A stretch of DNA of 64,000 nucleotides from contig CAWFXA010000002.1 of the NCBI GenBank assembly GCA_963819655.1, positions 1,536,001 through 1,600,000 of the forward strand. The letters are read 5' to 3'. This DNA comes from an uncultured Chloroflexia bacterium (lineage in GTDB: Bacteria > Chloroflexota > Limnocylindria > Limnocylindrales > CSP1-4). The notes under the pieces were generated by a model. The model had not been told where the DNA came from, searched no databases, and saw nothing but the letters and a program-made list of their open reading frames with translations. Positions 61,595 through 64,000 of this stretch are shown here, piece after piece. A program made the position numbers and the translations under genes. Each line of letters begins with the position of its first letter. Position 1 is the first letter of the stretch.

Positions 61595-62511
61595 CGGTCA
61601 CCTTCTTGGGCGTCCCCACGAACTCGTCAGGGACGACCGATGGGGTCGCGCGGGCGCCCGAGGTCGTCCGTGCGAGTGGCGTGACTGCCGGCCTTGACCG
61701 AACCCGCCCGGACGTCATCGACGGTGGCGACATCGCCGTCGATCCGCCGACCATGATGCGCGGCGACGACGGCGTCATCGACAGCGCGAACCTGGCATCG
61801 ACCCTTGCCCGGACCCGCGCAGCCGTGGCCGATCGACGCCGTCGAGGAGACCGCGTGATCCTGCTCGGTGGCGACTGTCCGATCCTGATCGGCGGACTCG
61901 CTGGCTGCCTCGAGGCCGACGGCGAGCTGCCTGCCCTGCTGTTCGTCGACGGCCACGAGGACGCCTGGCCGCCCGATGCGTCGACGACCGGCGAGGCGGC
62001 CGACATGGAGCTTGGCTGGCTTCTCGGTCGCGGCCGCGACACGTTGAGCGAGGGGTTGCGTGCCGAGATCCCGCGGCTCGTGCCCGAGCGCGTGGCGATC
62101 CTTGGGCCGCGCGACCGGTCGGAGATCGTCGCGGCCGGCGTCGAGCCACTCGACGACCTGGTGCCTGTCGTCGACGACGTGGCCGTCGCGCTGGATCCGG
62201 CAGCGGCGGCGACTCATGCGCTCGAGCGGATCGCGCCGGACGGTCGCCCATGGTGGCTCCATATCGACCTCGACGTCCTCTCGACGCGGGCGATGCCTGC
62301 CGTGGATTATCGGCAGCCAGGTGGCCTCTCCTGGTCAGAGTTGCGCGAACTGACGGTTGCCGCGCTTGGTCGGGGCGGCTGCATCGCCGCGACGGTCACG
62401 ATCTACAACCCGGACCTCGACCCGGACCGGCGATACGCCCGGCAGATCGCCTCGTTCTGTCTGGACCTTGCCGACCGACTCCGGGCCGCGCTCCCCGCCA
62501 CAACCGCGTGA
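61591..62511 (+). CDS. Arginase-family ureohydrolase
   Basis: GGDC, DGHED, HIDLDVL, PGGL, YNPDLD; TTGA overlap. Confidence 0.82.
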   Translation: MTVTFLGVPTNSSGTTDGVARAPEVVRASGVTAGLDRTRPDVIDGGDIAVDPPTMMRGDDGVIDSANLASTLARTRAAVADRRRRGDRVILLGGDCPILIGGLAGCLEADGELPALLFVDGHEDAWPPDASTTGEAADMELGWLLGRGRDTLSEGLRAEIPRLVPERVAILGPRDRSEIVAAGVEPLDDLVPVVDDVAVALDPAAAATHALERIAPDGRPWWLHIDLDVLSTRAMPAVDYRQPGGLSWSELRELTVAALGRGGCIAATVTIYNPDLDPDRRYARQIASFCLDLADRLRAALPATTA

Positions 62512-62541
62512 GGCCGTCCGTCGAGCTCCTATCCTTACTGC

Positions 62542-63207
62542 ATGGCCCGCAACAAGATCGAGATCGGCGAGGAGGTCGGCGCCAAGAGGGCGTTCGTGTG
62601 GGCGATCGACTGGCCCGGCTGGTGCCGTTCTGGCAAGACCGTCGAAGAGGCGCGTGACGCCCTCATCGCGTACGCACCGCGCTATGCCCCAGTCGCGAAG
62701 ATCGCCGGGCTGACCCTGCCGGCCGCGAACGGGATCGCGCTTCACGTCGTCGACACCGTCGAGGGCGGCGGCGGGACCGATTTCGGCGTGCCGTCCTCGA
62801 TCACGAAGGCAGACCGCCGACGCGTGACCCGCGCGGAGGCCGACCGGCTGGCGAACCTCGTCGAGGCCGCGTGGACCACCTTCGATCGCGTCGCGGTCGG
62901 CGCGCCGCCGAGCTGCGCAAGGGTCCGCGCGGTGGCGGCCGCGACCGCGACAAGATGGTCGGCCACGTCATCGAGGCGGACCACGCCTACGCCCGCGAGA
63001 TCGGCCTCCGGATGAAGGAGCCGCACTTCGGCGATCGTGCATCGATCGAGGCCGAGCGCAGCCGCCGTCCTCGAGGCGCTCCGCCACCCCTCCGATGGCA
63101 GTCCGCTCGCGGACAGGAAATGGACGCTGCGCTATGCCGCACGGCGCATCGCCTGGCACGCCCTCGACCACGCGTGGGAGATGGAGGACCGATCGGAGCC
63201 CGGCTGA
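62542..63207 (+). CDS. Conserved-looking hypothetical protein (DinB-like C-terminus); frameshifts near 62908 and 63060
   Basis: DWPGWCRSGK; then ELRKGPRGGGRDRDK..HV; then YAARRIAWHALDHAWEMEDRS in a third frame ending TGA 63205-63207. Confidence 0.65.
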
Positions 63208-63240
63208 TGTCGCGCGGGCCGCCGGCCAGGTCGATCCGAA

Positions 63241-64000
63241 CTAAGCGCTCCGTCCCGACGAATAGCCGGTCGCGATCGCCGCCATCTCGATCACCTCGGC
63301 CGGACTCCGCCCAGCCGCTCGCAGCTCCCGGACGCCCGTATCGCCCGCCGACTTCGACAGCTTGTGGCCATCCGGACGAAGGACCAGCGGGTGGTGGGCG
63401 AACGCGGGTGGTGCCACGCGACCGAGCGCTCGCCCCAGCCGGACCTGGCTCGCCGTCGCGTGGAGCAGGTCCCGGCCGCGGACCACGAGGTCCACGCCCT
63501 GCCGCGCGTCGTCGACGACGACGCAGAAGCCGTACGTCCAGTTGCCGTGGCGGTCGCGGATCGGCAGATCGCCGGCTGGCGCGACGTCGTCCTCACATGG
63601 GCCTGCAAGCGCGTCCGTCCAGGACTCGTGCCCGGCACCGAGCGCGACCCGCAGGACTGGTCCGGTCACCCCGCGGCCACGACAACCGCCCGGACAGCCG
63701 GCACCGGACCACGCACGACCGTTGGCGGCCGCCCATGCCGAGAGACGTCGAGCGCGAGCAGTCGCAGCCGTAGACCAGGTCGCCTGCCTGGAGAACGTCC
63801 AGGGCGGCCCGATACGCGGCGCCCGCGTCGGGATCCGATTGGCGGATCGGACCGAGATCCGCACGGAACCCGAGCCAATCGAGGTCCTCGAGCAGCGCCT
63901 CGTCGAACTCCGGCCGGCACCGCTGGCGATCGTGGTCCTCGATCCTGAGCAGGACGCGCGCTCCGCGCGACGCCGCCAGGCCCCACGTCCAGACCGCGTT
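63241..64000 (-). CDS. gluQ: Glutamyl-Q tRNA(Asp) synthetase-like protein, 5'-truncated by window; frameshift near 63744
   Basis: LLRIEDHD, DLDWLG, RQSD, YGCDCSR; then VVVDD, VVRGRDL, HHPL, KLSKS; no anticodon-binding domain. Confidence 0.8.
   Translation of the reverse strand, partial: TRSGRGAWRRRAERASCSGSRTTIASGAGRSSTRRCSRTSIGSGSVRISVRSANRIPTRAPRIGPPWTFSRQATWSTAATARARRLSAWAAANGRAWSGAGCPGGCRGRGVTGPVLRVALGAGHESWTDALAGPCEDDVAPAGDLPIRDRHGNWTYGFCVVVDDARQGVDLVVRGRDLLHATASQVRLGRALGRVAPPAFAHHPLVLRPDGHKLSKSAGDTGVRELRAAGRSPAEVIEMAAIATGYSSGRSA

Overview
High-GC bacterial chromosomal DNA, densely coding, with no integrase, transposase, prophage or CRISPR array seen. The gene styles suggest Chloroflexota, possibly Limnocylindria-like, but this is inference only. 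Left part (about 3.5-23 kb) is a nitrogen-storage/amine region: cphB-cphA-speB, an amidohydrolase, a polyamine ABC importer, a second CphA-like gene that lacks the ATP-grasp domain (N + Mur-ligase domains only), an M20 peptidase, RidA, AzlCD and GGT. The middle holds DegV, gdhA, a stand-alone BioD-like/DRTGG protein, coaX-coaBC-panB-panC, a BMP-type nucleoside ABC system, an M16 peptidase, ndk, an orphan degenerate NuoN-like membrane pair with lepB, and a K+-independent H+-PPase. The right part holds uppP, argR, greA, class I lysS, serS, tRNA-Ser(TGA), and a Trp T-box-controlled trp operon with a TrpC-TrpF-TrpB triple fusion. About eight single-base frameshifts in ordinary genes point to long-read indel errors. 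Best novelty candidates: the G-domain-less cyanophycin synthetase paralog and its neighbourhood, several structured intergenic RNAs (cphB-cphA, gdhA leader, greA leader terminator), the TrpCFB fusion and the orphan antiporter-like subunit. All calls come from reading motifs by eye; no database searches were run.
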